Positions 34,227 through 35,687 of a DNA stretch of 35,687 nucleotides are shown here, piece by piece. The stretch spans positions 303,589 to 339,275 of the forward strand of contig NMRA01000103.1 of NCBI GenBank assembly GCA_002633005.1, written 5' to 3'. A program made the translations under genes and the position numbers. A model generated the notes under the pieces. It saw only the letters and a list, made by a program, of their open reading frames with translations, made no database searches and had not been told where the DNA came from. The stretch comes from Phoronis australis. Its lineage: Eukaryota; Animalia; Phoronida. Position 1 is the first letter of the stretch, and every line of letters starts with the position of its first letter.

Positions 34227-34293
34227 ATGGATATCATTGAAGACGGCATTCGTCATCTCTGGGCCAATTATGAGTGGGCTCTTACCCAGGCAG
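34227..34293 (+). CDS. First coding exon of a second, divergent ELOVL4-like elongase (gene continues beyond the window)
   Basis: ttgtttcgtttag|attATGG; MDIIEDGIRHLWANYEWALTQA G|gtgagt. The Y-x-W-x-L-T-x-A-(D) ending with a phase-1 intron resembles ELOVL4 exon 1 and has the same phase as ELOVL-A exon 1. Too short for the ORF track. Confidence 0.7.
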
Positions 34294-35687
34294 GTGAGTC
34301 ATGTTCACACAATGCTGCAGAAGACTTATTTAGTGCCATGTAAAATCAACAGTTAGTTGGCATTCTATGTTTTTTGTCAAAAAACAAGTCTTGATTTAGA
34401 ACACTCACCATTATAAAATTTTTTGAACTTTGTCTAAAGAAATAACAGATTGTCAGTTCTCCCCGAGGCCAAAGATTACGTCTAAACCGAGTAAAGAATA
34501 AGGTAAGGCCACGTTAATAATGGTAAGTGGACGGGGGTAATTCTTCACTCACACAAGAGTAATTGCCAAAATTGTCATTTTTCCGTTTTTCAAATGCTGA
34601 TTTACCATTGCCTCAAATAACTTAATGGAAACTTTACCATCAATTGTTTTGTGAGATTGTTCAATCCGAGGTAATAGTAGAATTTCTTTCTTTTTTCATT
34701 TCTGTTGAAGAATTTAAACAAATAAACTTTAACTTGTCACCAACATTGTGTGCTAAATAAGTGAAGAATTCTCATATTGAAACTTGTTTTTTGATGGAAA
34801 ACACGAATTTGATGCCGTTTTAAGTCCGAGTTTTGCACTGACGTAAGCTGCAAAGCTAATTTGAGCTTAAGAGTAACTGAAGTTTCCCTTTGGCAATGCG
34901 TACGTATGTTTAGTGAAGTTATTGACAAGTAGTGCTTGGTTAACCTAATTAATATACAAATATTAATGAATGTTTAAGAACGAGAGCTCTTGAAACAAAG
35001 TGCAGTACCTGTTGTTGACAAAGATGGGTCTAGCCAATAGCTTGAGGACATCTATTGCCACCAAACCCCCATAGGAGGCGAAACACACACGATAGTGAGG
35101 TAGTTATGGGTCTATATAGGAATGCTGATGTGTGACTGTTCGAAACAATCCGACCAAACGCACCATGGCTTGTAAACTGCAATACTAACAAGATTCTTAG
35201 AACGGATCTAAATGTATCCTGCTTGCGAGCTGAGCATTGCTGGTAAACAACACAACAAGTATTGGAAGATAGCAGATTCTGAGTTTAGATGGTCTTGAAC
35301 AAAAACAGGTCACCCACAATTAGTCTTGATAGTGACAAGTTCACAGTGACCTCACCCTTCAAGCGAGTTGAGTTTTTGGCGCTGACGTGGAAGGCGTATT
35401 TGCTGTTTGTAAGAGAATAACTCGGAACATTTATAATAATGTTTAATTGTCTTGTTCATACATTCCACAAGTACACGACTTCAACTCAGAATTATTTTGT
35501 TTATGATGCAGTGAATGCATAGATGATTAGCTTGAGCCCATGGTGAATTATTTATGATAATTACAGAGTGACATGTTAACCCCACTTTTCCGATTTCGCT
35601 CTCATGAGCATCCATGGTTATACAAAGTTAACACTCCCACTATAATGTGTTCACGTTACATCCACGATATTTATGATATTGTGAAGT

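Noticed and set aside
34985-35040. LLKQSAVPVVD resembling the THAP AVP box
   Set aside because: No upstream C2CH zinc ligands and a stop follows shortly; likely chance.

Overview
Intron-rich eukaryotic (most likely invertebrate animal) genomic DNA, so the six-frame ORFs are mostly exon fragments or noise. I reconstructed three complete spliced genes by hand, each with GT-AG introns and consistent phases. (1) EDEM2, minus strand, 10 coding exons, 692 aa. (2) RPS10, plus strand, 4 coding exons plus a non-coding 5'TOP exon, 167 aa. (3) An ELOVL fatty-acid elongase, minus strand, 7 coding exons, 279 aa. The first coding exon of a second, divergently oriented ELOVL4-like gene lies near the right end. 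There are two head-to-head pairs: the RPS10 TCT start sits only ~41 nt from the EDEM2 start codon, and the two ELOVL genes appear to share a small, mirror-symmetric promoter. Mobile DNA includes a young 896-bp foldback MITE with 270-bp TIRs (plus three older relatives, all near the two shared promoters), a decayed Academ-type transposon in an ELOVL intron, and a TTAA-flanked MITE. A degenerate minisatellite is built from an exon/splice-donor junction. I see no clear wholly new system; the best leads are regulatory architecture.
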